DNA from: Reclinomonas americana ATCC 50394
Taxonomy: Eukaryota
NCBI GenBank assembly: GCA_048213135.1
Contig: PS015190.1
Span: 23,635-72,666 of the forward strand
DNA length: 49,032 nucleotides
Reading direction: 5' to 3'
In this document: positions 31,301 through 43,071 of the stretch, piece by piece
How the letters are laid out: each line of letters begins with the position of its first letter
Numbering within the stretch: the first letter of the stretch is position 1
Program-made: the position numbers and the translations under genes
The notes under the pieces: generated by a model
Databases searched by the model: none
Told to the model about the DNA's origin: nothing
What the model saw: the letters and a program-made list of their open reading frames with translations, nothing else

Positions 31301-34300
31301 CCGGCGGGGCCGGCAGGCGCACCGCCGAGGTACATGCCCAGCGCCTGTGACAGCGTAATGTAACAGCTGGGTGGGAGGGGAAAGAACCTTGTCAGGAGAA
31401 GAGGACGAGAGAAAACGTCGCCTGGATGGGCACTCTCACCGATCAGTGAGTGGCGTGACGACCAGGCGTTCCTTGCAGCCGAGGTACTCGTACGAGTACG
31501 TAAACTCCACATCGGTGACACACACGATGCAATTGTCGGCTTCGGGATTCCAGTAGAAGCGCATCTGCTTCTGCCAGTCGAAGCTCTCCGGACCGACATC
31601 CGCCAGTCGGCCCTTCTCGCGTTGCTCTCGCGTCTTGGCACGTGCAATCTCGTCAAACACATCGCGCTGGTGCATCTGAATGGTGATCAATGTCTCCACA
31701 TTGCGCCGCTTCAGTGTCGACAACTGCACCACTCGCTCTTGTCAACACACAGATGACGGCAAGTCAAATCAGTCAAACCCCCGAGAACGCACCGACGAGT
31801 CTTGTGTCAGCTGGGTCATCTCCACGAGGAGTCCATTGATACGACCGTTGGCGGCCATCAAAGAACGACGATCGCCACCACGAGCACGGAAGAGTGCCTC
31901 CTCGGCCTCCATGGTCCACCGGAACTGAATGCCCAGCAGCGACACCTGGGCCGGGTACGCATCGACAAACGCCTGCAGCTGGAAGCCCGGATCGCATGCG
32001 TCCACTGCCGCTCGGCGCACAATCGTCTTGATCGTGTCGATCATGCCATCCTCCAACACGTTGAGCCAATACTCGACATGGCCACTGGCAGTGATGGGCT
32101 GCGACATGGGCACCACCTCGCCCTCTTGCGAAATCATCGTCACAATCTCGTTGTGGTTTTCGAACTTCAACCTGCACGAATACGCCGCGTGTTCAGCAAC
32201 GGCGGCAGCATAATCGTGAGTGAGTGAGAGCGCGCTCTCGTCGCCACACGCAACGTTCCGATGCTGTCAAACACGAGCTTCAAGTGCGGCTGGATGGCGT
32301 GCGGGTCGGACGACTGACTGAGAATGTCGAGCAACACAGGATCCGACACAAAGTAGAAGCGCGGGAACTTGTTGCGCTTCTCCTCCAGGTACTCTGCGCA
32401 GCAATCGAAAGGGATGAGCGCGTGTGTGTGATCCACCGGCATCGTGCTCCCGACCTCACTCACCACTCAGTGATCGCTGGCACGCCTCCAGTTGCTCGCG
32501 CATGTAATCGAGTTGATTGAGCTGCTCGTTCTCGTAACAGAACTGCGCACAAACACCGGATGCGTTCAGCACGATGCGCCACAATGTGAAAATGCGCCAG
32601 TGGAAAACATCTCACCTGAATCACTTTCTCCACCTCCACCGCCTTGGCCATGATCTTGCACCAGGCCTTGTCGATCATGTTGAAGCGCTTCTGCTCCTGA
32701 GGCAGACTCTTGGCAATATCGCCACCTCCGGCAAACACGGCCTCCATGTAGATCCACATGGCCTGCACTTGCAGCCACCGCTCAATGGCATCCAGTGCCG
32801 ATGACACCTTTTCGATCCACAGCACCACCTGCAATATACGTCTCCTGTTGTGAGCCAAGAACAAACACAACGAGTAAGAAACAACACAAGGAACGCACTT
32901 GTTGGCGGAAGGGCTTGACAAAGCGCGAGGAGATCATCGAGTTGAGCTTGAGTTGTGTCTCCTCCAATCGCTCCAGTACCTCTTGCGTCTCGGTGCCCTT
33001 CAGCAGCAGGTGTCCGCGATTCTTGAACTCGCCAAAGGTGAACACGCGGTCCTCCCAGTCGGTGCGCACGTCGGCAATCTTGAGCTCGATTTCACGCTCC
33101 TTGCGTGCCGCCATGCACAACTCCTCCATGCGCTCCAGGTGATCCTGCAAGTTGGCGTCGAGCAGGTCCTGCAGCTTCATCACATCCTCGTCCAGCGAGA
33201 ACTGATGGCCGGTAATGTCCATGAGCTCACGCCAGTGGCGCAGTTGCACGGCGTCGCGGTTCGACAAGTCCTCCAGCACAGGCTGGATCTCGCGAAAGTC
33301 GTCAATCTTCTTGCGCAGGTCCTTGTAGGCTTGCCAGTCGCGCAGGCGCCGGTTCAGTGCATTGCACTTGCGCTCAAACTGGTCCATCTCCTCGGCAATC
33401 TGCGGGAAGATCTCCGACACTTGCTTCCACTTGAGGTCGCCGTACGAGTTGATGCGCTTGTTGACCTGCGTGAAGATGAACATGAGTTGCAAGTCCACAA
33501 CGCTACAGGCAACGACGACACACTGTCCGCATGTACCTGAACGTAGAGCGAGTAGAGGCTGTCGAGCAGCTTCAGCTCCTTGCCTGTGGTATCCAGCGCC
33601 TCGTACGTGTGCACCGTGAGGCCAAACAGCTCTTCGCCAAGGGAGTACGTCTGCCAACAAAAAATGGCGTGGCGAGTGAGTAGCCATGCACCTCGACAGG
33701 GAGGGTGGGGGGGCTTGGCGCGCTCACCTTGAATTTCACCATCTTGTCTTCGTACACGGCCTGGAAGCGCTGCAGGCGCTGCAGTGCGTCCTCCGGTTCG
33801 ATGCCCGGGATCATGGGGCCATTCTCCACAAAATCGTTACGGAACACCTCCACCTCTGTCTCAAAGTCCTTGACGTCGAGCACCAGCTGCCGCTTGAAGC
33901 CACCGTAGATGCCCTGCAGGTAGGTCTCCTTCAACCTGCAACGACGTGGTCAGTAGTCAAGCGAGGGGAGAGTCATCAACGGAAAATGCGACGCACCGAG
34001 CGGCCCTGACGACACGCAGCCAGGCGGGCTCGAGTTCCGCCACCCGGAATCCCTCGTCTTTGTTGATGTTGACGTCGTAGCTGCGCAGCAGTCGGTACGT
34101 TTCCTCAATGGGTGCCACATCGTGATCGAACGTGGCCTCGCGCCTCCGAATATCGTTCAGCACACCGACCACTGCAACACACCACCAATGCGAGGTCAGC
34201 AGCAGTAGTGAAAAACATACACAATCACTCGCGCACTCACCAAAGCTGAGGTCATCCAGCTCGACAATCTCCTTTTCCAGGTTCTTCGTCACCTCCTTCA

Positions 34301-37300
34301 TGTACACGGAGAACTCGTCGAGCTTGCTGGCCGCCTGCTGGTGCAAATTGCGCGCGTACTGCAACTTCCACAGTGCAGCCTCGCCGGCGAGGTGTTCTTG
34401 CAGACGCTGCGTGCTGACCAGCAGAGCGCCCATCTCACGACTATTGTGCAGGCGCCGAATGCTCTGCTCAATGTCGTTGTACTTGCGCAACTCGGCCTCA
34501 AAGTCATGCAGCGACGGCGACGTCTTCAGGAACTCCTCGTACAGGCGCACCTTGTCCGTCTGTCGTGCACCACAGCGAAGGGGTGAGTCGTGCACCTCAA
34601 CAGCCAACAGGGGGGGTGACAGAGACACGACTGACCTGCCACAGGTAGTTGAAGCGGCTGAATGTCTCGGTGTAGGCAGCCACGGAACCGCGCAGTCCAT
34701 GCAGCGCACCAGTCAGCGCCAGTACGACCTTCATCACCTCGCGTTCCTGGGCCACCAACTCGAAGAACGACGGTCCCTCGGCCACGACACTATTCCGTGA
34801 CTGCACATGCGACGACGAACGGTCGAGGCGACCATTGACCTGCCACCGCGGCAGACGGCGCGACAAGCCGAGCACAACCACCGCCGTAGCATTCACTGTC
34901 TCCTGCACCTCGTCCATGCTGGGGTTGAGGACGTAGCTTGGCTTGATGAACTCGACGTCCACCTGGAACAGCGGGCGTGTNNNNNNNNNNNNNNNNNNNN
35001 NNNNNNNNNNNNNNNNNNNNNNNNNNNNNNNNNNNNNNNNNNNNNNNNNNNNNNNNNNNNNNNNNNNNNNNNNNNNNNNNNNNNNNNNNNNNNNNNNNNN
35101 NNNNNNNNNNNNNNNNNNNNNNNNNNNNNNNNNNNNNNNNNNNNNNNNNNNNNNNNNNNNNNNNNNNNNNNNNNNNNNNNNNNNNNNNNNNNNNNNNNNN
35201 NNNNNNNNNNNNNNNNNNNNNNNNNNNNNNNNNNNNNNNNNNNNNNNNNNNNNNNNNNNNNNNNNNNNNNNNNNNNNNNNNNNNNNNNNNNNNNNNNNNN
35301 NNNNNNNNNNNNNNNNNNNNNNNNNNNNNNNNNNNNNNNNNNNNNNNNNNNNNNNNNNNNNNNNNNNNNNNNNNNNNNNNNNNNNNNNNNNNNNNNNNNN
35401 NNNNNNNNNNNNNNNNNNNNNNNNNNNNNNNNNNNNNNNNNNNNNNNNNNNNNNNNNNNNNNNNNNNNNNNNNNNNNNNNNNNNNNNNNNNNNNNNNNNN
35501 NNNNNNNNNNNNNNNNCGTCGCACCAGCGTCGTGATGGTGTCTCGGCACGAGCTGCAGGTGGTGGTGGTGGAAGCCTGCGCTCGGCGCCGCAATGCGTTG
35601 CTTCAGCAAGTGCAGCGAGTCGATGGTGGCACGCGTCAGGGCCTTGTGCATCATCGTGGAGTAGTGCTCACGCAGGGAGCGAATGCGAGGCTCGGTGACT
35701 CCGCCGATATTCGCGCGTGTCTCCTCCAGCGGGAAGGCACACACCAACTCGATCAGCAGCTCGACAGCACGGCGTACCTCCAGATCCTTGCGACGGACAA
35801 AATCGGCGGTGGAGCGGATGTGTCGCTCCTGTGTCGACACAAACTGGTCCAGACTGAAGATCTCGTCGTCGGGCAGCGTCAGCAGCGGCAGCGCCGCCAC
35901 CACTCGCAGATTCGAGTCGATCTGGTTGTCGATAATGTCGTTGATCTTGATCACGAGATCCTCGAAGCGCGCCACGCCATTGTGCACGCGTGTGAGGTAC
36001 GGATCAATGTTCATCGACGTCCACGTCAGTACCGAGCAGCCAGGGAAGATCTTGGCGTCTGCGATGGTAGGGAAGGGTGAAAGGTGAGTTTCAGCACACA
36101 GAGACACACACACAACATGCACTTATGACTCACCGAGGTNNNNNNNNNNNNNNNNNNNNNNNNNNNNNNNNNNNNNNNNNNNNNNNNNNNNNNNNNNNNN
36201 NNNNNNNNNNNNNNNNNNNNNNNNNNNNNNNNNNNNNNNNNNNNNNNNNNNNNNNNNNNNNNNNNNNNNNNNNNNNNNNNNNNNNNNNNNNNNNNNNNNN
36301 NNNNNNNNNNNNNNNNNNNNNNNNNNCCGCCAGCAGGGCCTCCAGCAACGGCCGCACCACGGGATTGATGCGACCAACCACCCGATCGTACTCTTGCAGC
36401 ATGAAGGTGAGCTGGCTGAAGTAGCGCTTGAACTTCTCCTCCTGCAACAGCACCATCTTGGCGCCGTCGGTGACATCCATGCCGAGTCGCAGCAGCCACT
36501 TGGTTTCGCGAATCAGCTGCGGGATCTCCGGATCAAAGTTGACCAAGACGCGCCCGGTCTCCGGGTGGCGCACGATCAGTGTGGCCTGCAGACCGGTCTT
36601 GGCGTTGTCGATGCTGCGCATCCATGCAATGTGCCACAGAGTCTCGAACTCGATCAGGGCGCGCGCCACTCGATTGTAGGCCTTTACAATCTTGCCGGTG
36701 TCCTTGGAGGAGTCCTGGTTGAGGACGCCGATGGACTGGAAGCGCATCATTGGCTCCTCGATGCGACGGTACAGATTGCGAGCCCAGATGATGTTGCCGG
36801 CCACTGGTGGCGCGTTGCGCACCAATGGTGGGTTGTGCTTGTGGCGCTCGTACGCTTTTTCGACTTGCTCAAGCTCCTGTCCGTACTGGTAGAAAATCAT
36901 GGTGTACTTGTTGCTGAGACCGGCCTGCAGTCGCAGAGAATTGCAAAGGATGAGCAGCAGCAACCACTTGCATGCAAAAAAAAGGGGGAGGATCTCACCT
37001 TGAGGCTTTCGCGATGGAGAATTTTCTGAAACAGATGCAGCAGCGAGAGTGCATCCTCGGTGTTGCGAATGTTCTCGAACACGGAGTTGATGTAGACTTG
37101 CAGCGAGTGCTCGAACAGCTCGATGCGCTTCTGGAACTCCTGGTAGTCCTGCTCGAAATAGTTGTTCTCGTCCAGCAGATTGTAGCGCTTGGCCCGCATC
37201 TTGTCGATCTCGGCACTGAACGCCGCCGTCATGCTCTCCATGCCGTCGATGCGTTGCCGTACGAGAATCGTGAACTGCTGGCAGCTCTCGAACACATCGA

Positions 37301-39663
37301 GCAGGCGACGCAGGCGCACCGCGATGCGGTCCACGCGTTCCGTCACCCGTGCCGAGTCGACCTCCACCGACTTGGGCCGCGGCTGATGCAGCAGGCGGTC
37401 CTTGAGGGCACGGAACTCGTCTACCCACGCTTGCAGTACCTCGATCGAGGTGCGCAGCATAAAGACCAGCTCGTCGGGATCCTGGTCCCACAGATTGCGA
37501 CCGCCGAGTTCAATGTTCCGCTTGCAGTTGGCCACCAGCTGATACGACACCTTGCGCAGCAGCATGGTCATGTGGTCTGCATCGGGAAGCAACGAAGAGT
37601 GAGTGATGCGAGGGAGAGAAGGCAAATGAAGCACGAGTCGAACCATTGTGGCAAAAGTATTGTGAGACAGTCTGCATGACAAAGAGGTTGTTGCAGAGTG
37701 TGGGCAACATGCGCAGACACTCGGTGGGCGATCCAGAATACAGCGGCTCCACGAACGGCTGCAGCTGCGTGAGGAAGCGCACATTGTCCTTGGCCACGTG
37801 CAGCGCATCGGTGAGGTCGTTGTCGACCATTCGCCATCGGCGCACCACCTGACTGCGCACGCCAACGGCTCCGGCGGACCCACTAGCTCCAGGGGCAAAT
37901 AGTGATCCTGGTGGTGAGGGCGACGGGGATGGCGACGGAGCGATCGAGGCACGCGGAGTCGGCAGCGGCGAAGTACCGGTGGCCGACAGCAAGCCGATGA
38001 CCAGCTTGGCCTCGGGTCGGTTCTTGTCGTCCACCAACGAATGCAAGCGGGTGGTTCTCTCCTGCGTCGAGGCAGTGCGCGGTCAGGAGAGAGCGCGAGG
38101 GAACAGGAAAGAAAAAGACCGACCTTCCAGTACGCGAGCTCCGATGCTGGACCGCTCTCGGCGTCGCCACCAGTTGCCGCGGCTCCACCGCGCGGCTCGG
38201 CCTCTCCCACCACCCGTGAGACCACATCGATCCACGTCTCCACCAGTCCCTCCAGCTGACGAACAAGAGCTGGGTTCGAGGCAGCGGCGCGAGCCAGCGA
38301 CGATGGGTTGTTCTCCACGCCGGCCAGCTGGTACGGCTCAGGCAGTGGAAGGCGCACGGCCTCGGAGACAGCATACGTCTGCAAGTCGTCCAGCGTGCGC
38401 ACAAAAGTCGATACTTCGGTGACGAGTTCCTGCGGTGGATGACAAGGCGTCAGCAGTGGAGACATACCATCTCTTACTCAGTCATAAACTCGCTCACCTT
38501 GGCGTCGGTATCACTCGCTGCACCCCACTCTTGCTTCCGCTGCAGAACGGGAATAAAGACATACTGCAGGAGGGTTTGCAGTGCACTCGGCACCACCAGC
38601 GACGTGGACGACAGCGAGCAGTCGAATTCACCGAAGATCTGTCGCGGCCTGTCAGCACCAACGACACCACCACCACCACCATTGAAATCGACGGACGACA
38701 CGAGAACGCAACGAGATCCTGGCACAGATCGCGCTCACGACGGCGCACAGGACCTAAGGCGGCGCCGGGCTTGAAGCTCTCCAGTACACCGCCATTGCCA
38801 GTCGACGACTGCGCCGCCGCACTGGCAGCAGTCGGATTGTCGTGCGTCGGACTGGTGAGGCCGGCTTCGCCATCGGCGCTGGCCGAGCGACTCGCCGCGT
38901 TGACGCCGGCCGAGTGATCCGGTGCCGCGCGAATCACATACGCACACTTGCAGAAACCGTGCGAGGATGGGGCACCAGAGGAAGACGCACCGCCACTGCC
39001 GCTGCCACCCTTGCCCTTGCCGCCAGCTCGTCGATGACGCACGCTGCCACCATCGTCATCGTCGTCGTCATCGGCAGCCGAATCGCGGTGCTCCACTGCT
39101 GGCGTCGTTGTTGTTGTCGTTGTCGTCGCAGTTGCAGTCGCCGTCGCCAGCAAATGGTGGTGAGGCAGACGGAACGAATCCAGACTGCGCAACTCCTCGG
39201 TTTCGTTCAAGATCAGCTCGACAGTTACCTCTGTCAGAACACCATGATTTTGAGTCTCGCGGGTGTTTTTTTAGCAGCAGCTCCTCCTCCACTGTTGTCG
39301 GTGGGTGGACGCAACTGTCGCCGGTGCTCTTGATGAGGAACAGCAAGTGGGTCGGTCCATGCGGCTGTGCGTCGAGAAACGCCATCATGTGATCGACGGC
39401 GCCAGGTCGACTCTTGATCTGCAGTCGCCGTGAGCACACCGTCGACAGAGAGGGGCGGAGAGAGGTAGAGAGAGGGGGGGACGCACCTGGGCAGCCACGG
39501 CCTCCAAGGCGCGAACCTCCTCGCTGGACGACGCGGTGTTGATGAGTCCAGCATGACGCGCGATTTGTGAGAACACAAACAGCGGTCGTGGGTCACTGCT
39601 AGCTGAGGCAGCAGCCGACGAGGCGCCACCCAACGCGCTGGATGCTGCTGCGCGTCGACTCAT
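19361..39663 (-). CDS. Axonemal outer-arm dynein heavy chain, gamma/DNAH5-DNAH8 (ODA2) type
   Basis: Full dynein layout: tail [24 protein letters not shown]1 [18 protein letters not shown]2 [11 protein letters not shown]3 [11 protein letters not shown]4 [10 protein letters not shown], stalk, AAA5/6 LSLGSDP and LQNCHLG, C-terminal [19 protein letters not shown] and HWILRGVALLC. About 48 visible introns. Segments 23799-24281 and 27220-28185 lie on + (inverted contigs). Confidence 0.96.
23799..24281 (+). other. Dynein AAA5 segment in inverted orientation (mis-oriented contig)
   Basis: YMDPLL...[17 protein letters not shown]...[10 protein letters not shown] on +. It abuts the minus-strand flanks in frame (EEID-SYMDP and SVEV-AANIT). 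Confidence 0.9.
27220..28185 (+). other. Dynein AAA3/AAA4 segment in inverted orientation (mis-oriented contig)
   Basis: [39 protein letters not shown] and [16 protein letters not shown] on +, directly continuing minus-strand YALDRQ at 28668. Confidence 0.9.
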
Positions 39664-40015
39664 CTATCTTTCCCTCACTGTCTCACTGTGCAGAGAAGCA
39701 GCAGATGACGAAATCGTGCTGGTTTCACAATGCGCGATTGGATTCGTCTCGCCTCACACACACGCGTGCGTCTCTTCTGCGTCTGTGTGACTGTGTGTGT
39801 GCGCGCGCCAGATGCAGATAAGTAATTGGTGAAGTTCGCGCCAACTGCCGATGGGCCAGGTGTCGCTGAGGTACATCAGAAGGCCTGTTTTACATTTTCC
39901 CTCTCCTCCCGCTTATTAAAACACACAGACAGCCTCGTTCACACAACAACAACAACAACACAGAGAGTGTGTGCGGCGTCTGATTCTCCCGCCAGCGCGA
40001 GCACCCCCACCACTC

Positions 40016-41096
40016 TCAGAATACACCCAGATACAGTCGGTGGCCATTTTCCACAAACTCCTTCTTGCCAATCTGTGTGCATCACGGCTTGTCAGCAGCA
40101 GGACGACGAGCGGTGCCAGCAGGCCCCCTCTGCATTGGCCCTCACCTTGCCGTCTCCGTTGATGTCGATCCCGCGAAGGATCTGCTGCACCATGAAGGGA
40201 TCCGAGTCGAAGAGACGCAGCGCCTCGTCGTGCAGTGGCACATACGAGTCGCAGATCGCGCCCGGAGTCGGGCTGGATGGTGTGGACGTACGCCGGTCGC
40301 CAGTTACACCGAGCGAGGACTTGCGGGCGGCGGCATTCATCACAAGTCGCGACGCCGATGGCGGTCGCAACGCAATCACTTCCGTGGCCACCACAGACTC
40401 GCGGCGGCTGGATGCACGCGCGCTGCTGACCGGGCTGCCAATGACCACCTCCGGCACACCGTGTGTGGAAATGGAGAGGCGACGCAAGCGGGCCGAGCAG
40501 GCCGGGCTGCAGCCGCTGATGACTTGCGGTACCGGCGCGGTGACCGACGCCTTGCGGTACCTCAGCGCCGACATGGGCACATTGTCCATGGCGCTGGAGC
40601 GAGGTGTCTCGAAGCCGCCCGACAGGCGACGCATACCGGCCACCGGGCTGCTGGAGGAGGAGGCAGTGGAGGTAGGCGAGTCGGTGACTGGCGCCGACAG
40701 CGACAGGGAGCGTTCGCGTGAACCAGCCGGCTCCGACGTGGTCGACGACGCGGACGCCCGTCGAGACCTCGCCTCACGCAGATCCACCAGCCGCATGTAC
40801 TCGGAAAGCAGATCACGCGCCAGCCGTCGGACCTCGTGCTGAGGATTTCGAACAAACCGCATTTGTCAGCGAAAGGAGATCCTTGAAGCACACAAGCAAG
40901 CACACAAAGCAAAGCGACGCACCACATCGAGGAAGCGGTTGTTGTCTTGATTGTAGTGCGCCCACAGAATCAGCATGTCCTTCTGTTGAAATGCCAGCGC
41001 GCGGGTGAGGATAATCGGTTAGTCTGTGCGTCAAAGAAAACAACTCACTCTCGTCAGCAGCATGGTCTCCGTCAGCTCCGCCGGTGGTGTGCACAT
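40016..41096 (-). CDS. EF-hand calcium-binding protein with a long Ser/Arg-rich linker
   Basis: Spliced product has LILWAHY-NQDNNRFLDVHE-VRRLARDLL (calbindin-like EF loop) and IL-RGI-DINGDGKIGKKE-FVE. 3 introns. Confidence 0.72.
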
Positions 41097-41241
41097 GACT
41101 TTTGCCGCGCGCCGCAGCACCTCGCGATAGGTGGTCTCGTGTCGGAACAGCAACATTGTGCTTATCTTTTCTCCACGCTCACAATTAATCGAAAATAAAG
41201 CCGGACGCGACCGAAATAATTAACCCGGACAACTGCACTCG

Positions 41242-42161
41242 ATGATTGAGCCGACCACTCTCACACTGCATGCTGCCGATGGTCTCTCTTTCAGACGCAC
41301 ACACTGTTGCCTCTTGCTCTCTTGTGCTCTCTCTGACACACAGTGCACAGGGTACACGCTGGTGGGCAGTGTGTTTTGCAGTGCGGGCTGGCCTGCAGTG
41401 CCCAATGAACGCTGCGTGACCATTGTCATTGGGTCGGCCATGGGCACTGTGCGACGCTTCTACACGCCCTTTGTCAAGGCAGCGATTGAGTTCTTTGCCG
41501 GCACGCCCACGCGCGTCATNNNNNNNNNNNNNNNNNNNNTGTGCACAGGTACGCATTGGAGACGCAGTCGGCGACAAGTCGACTGGTGATTGTGTCGCAC
41601 TCGGTGTCGGGTCTGCTGGTGGGCTTCTTGCCGCGCGAGCTGATTGAGCGCGTGGATGTGCTGGTGACGGTGGCGGCGCAGACTGGGTGGCACGGGTTCT
41701 GGAAAGGCCTGCCGTTGCGTTTGCACCTTTTCTCATGCATGTGGCAGCCGTCCTCGTCGTCGTCATCATCTTCCTTGCCAACAACAGGTGGCTGAAGCTG
41801 CGCGTTTTCTTCCCGGTGGTGGTGCCGCTGCTAAATGCGGTGTTTGGCTACTTGCCAATGAGTCTGCTGGGCATGGGCGAGGATGTGCCACGCGGGGTGG
41901 CGCATCAGTGGAGCTGGTGGGGCGAGCGGAGGGAGTACATGGAGCGGGCGGACCACGTACGCGACTTTGAGGTCACCTACCGGTACCTACGTGCTCCGCT
42001 GCTGGCACTCAGCTTCGAGGATGACGTGCAGTTTGCGCCCATGATCCCAGCCGATGATATGGCCGGTTGCGTGGTGGATGCAGTCAGAGAAAGGACCGCC
42101 GTCGCACGCTCACTCGCTCTCGTGACGGCAGATCGCTTCCAGCAGGCGCCGCAGACTCGCC
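41242..42161 (+). CDS. Predicted alpha/beta hydrolase, bacterial COG4757-like; 3' end lost in gap
   Basis: TLHAADGYTLVG, SAMGTVRRFY, VSHSVSG nucleophile elbow, FGYLPMSLLGMGEDVPRGVAHQWSWW, PLLALSFEDD. Interrupted by introns. Confidence 0.78.
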
Positions 42162-42185
42162 NNNNNNNNNNNNNNNNNNNNGCAG

Positions 42186-42289
42186 GAAAATCGGTCCGCC
42201 AACGCGCTCGCGAGCTCATCCGTATCGCGCACCCGGAGCACCGGGACGCACTGACAGCGCACGCTGTGAAGCGCTTCGGTCCACTGTAA
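42186..42289 (+). CDS. Final exon of the CoA-transferase gene (on inverted contig 42182-42984)
   Basis: GKSVRQRARELIRIAHPEHRDAL is the conserved C-terminus of acetyl-CoA hydrolase/transferases. The intron tail joins as gttggtt|gcag. Confidence 0.88.
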
Positions 42290-42382
42290 GCACCAGGCAG
42301 AGAGAAACGAGCAATGTATGTTCGGATCGGTCATCGTTTCTGTCAGTCGAACCGGCATCCACCCCATCCCACGTCAATTGAA

Positions 42383-42982
42383 ATGTCTTTGCTGCTGCGT
42401 GGCGATGTGTTTGCCGAGGTGGCGGCACGAGTGGAGGAGTTTGAGGAGTTGGCAGAGCGTGATGCGACAGATGCACGCGAGGCGGAGCAGCAGCTGCAGC
42501 TTGTCACTGCGCAGCTGTGCGAGGTGACCGAGGCCGTGGAGGAGGCGCAGAGGGCGGCCATTGAGGTGGCCAGTCAAGTGGCCGCGCTGCGACACGAGAC
42601 GCAACTGGTGCAGCGTGCAGTGGCGGAGGCCGAAATGGAGATGCGTGAGCTGCTTGGCGGAGGCGACGTGGTGCAGCTAATGTTGGAGGCGAAATTGAGG
42701 CGGAGACAACGAGAGATGCTGCGTGCTGCGTGTGCGTACTCGTGCATCTGCTGCAGCAGCTGCTGACACGACTCGTGACGTGCGTATGCGTAGCGTGGTG
42801 CTGCAAGAGGAGACCACTCGATTGCAGCAGGCGGCGAGCAGAGTGGAGCGCATGGCGGCGGTGCCGGCGCTGCGCAGGGAGATGGAGGCATTGGAGGCTC
42901 GCGGAGCAGCAGCCCAACAGCGTGGTACGTACAGCCCGGCAGACATGTGCACGTCGGGGCGTGTGCTGACGCCGCAGAGTAG
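42383..42982 (+). CDS. Coiled-coil protein of unknown function (frame change near 42720 unresolved)
   Basis: E/A/Q/R-rich heptad-like ORFs in two frames. A terminal intron gtacgt...ccgcag is followed by GAG TAG. Confidence 0.45.
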
Positions 42983-43071
42983 GCNNNNNNNNNNNNNNNN
43001 NNNNAACCAACAAAACCAGATCGTGAGACAAGAAGAGGGCACGTCCCCAACGTCGCGCATGCCATCACGTA

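Noticed and set aside
41687-42289. Hydrolase/CoA-transferase fusion ORF
   Set aside because: The fusion runs across an N-gap. The 3' part is the last exon of the neighbouring CoA-transferase gene on an inverted contig.
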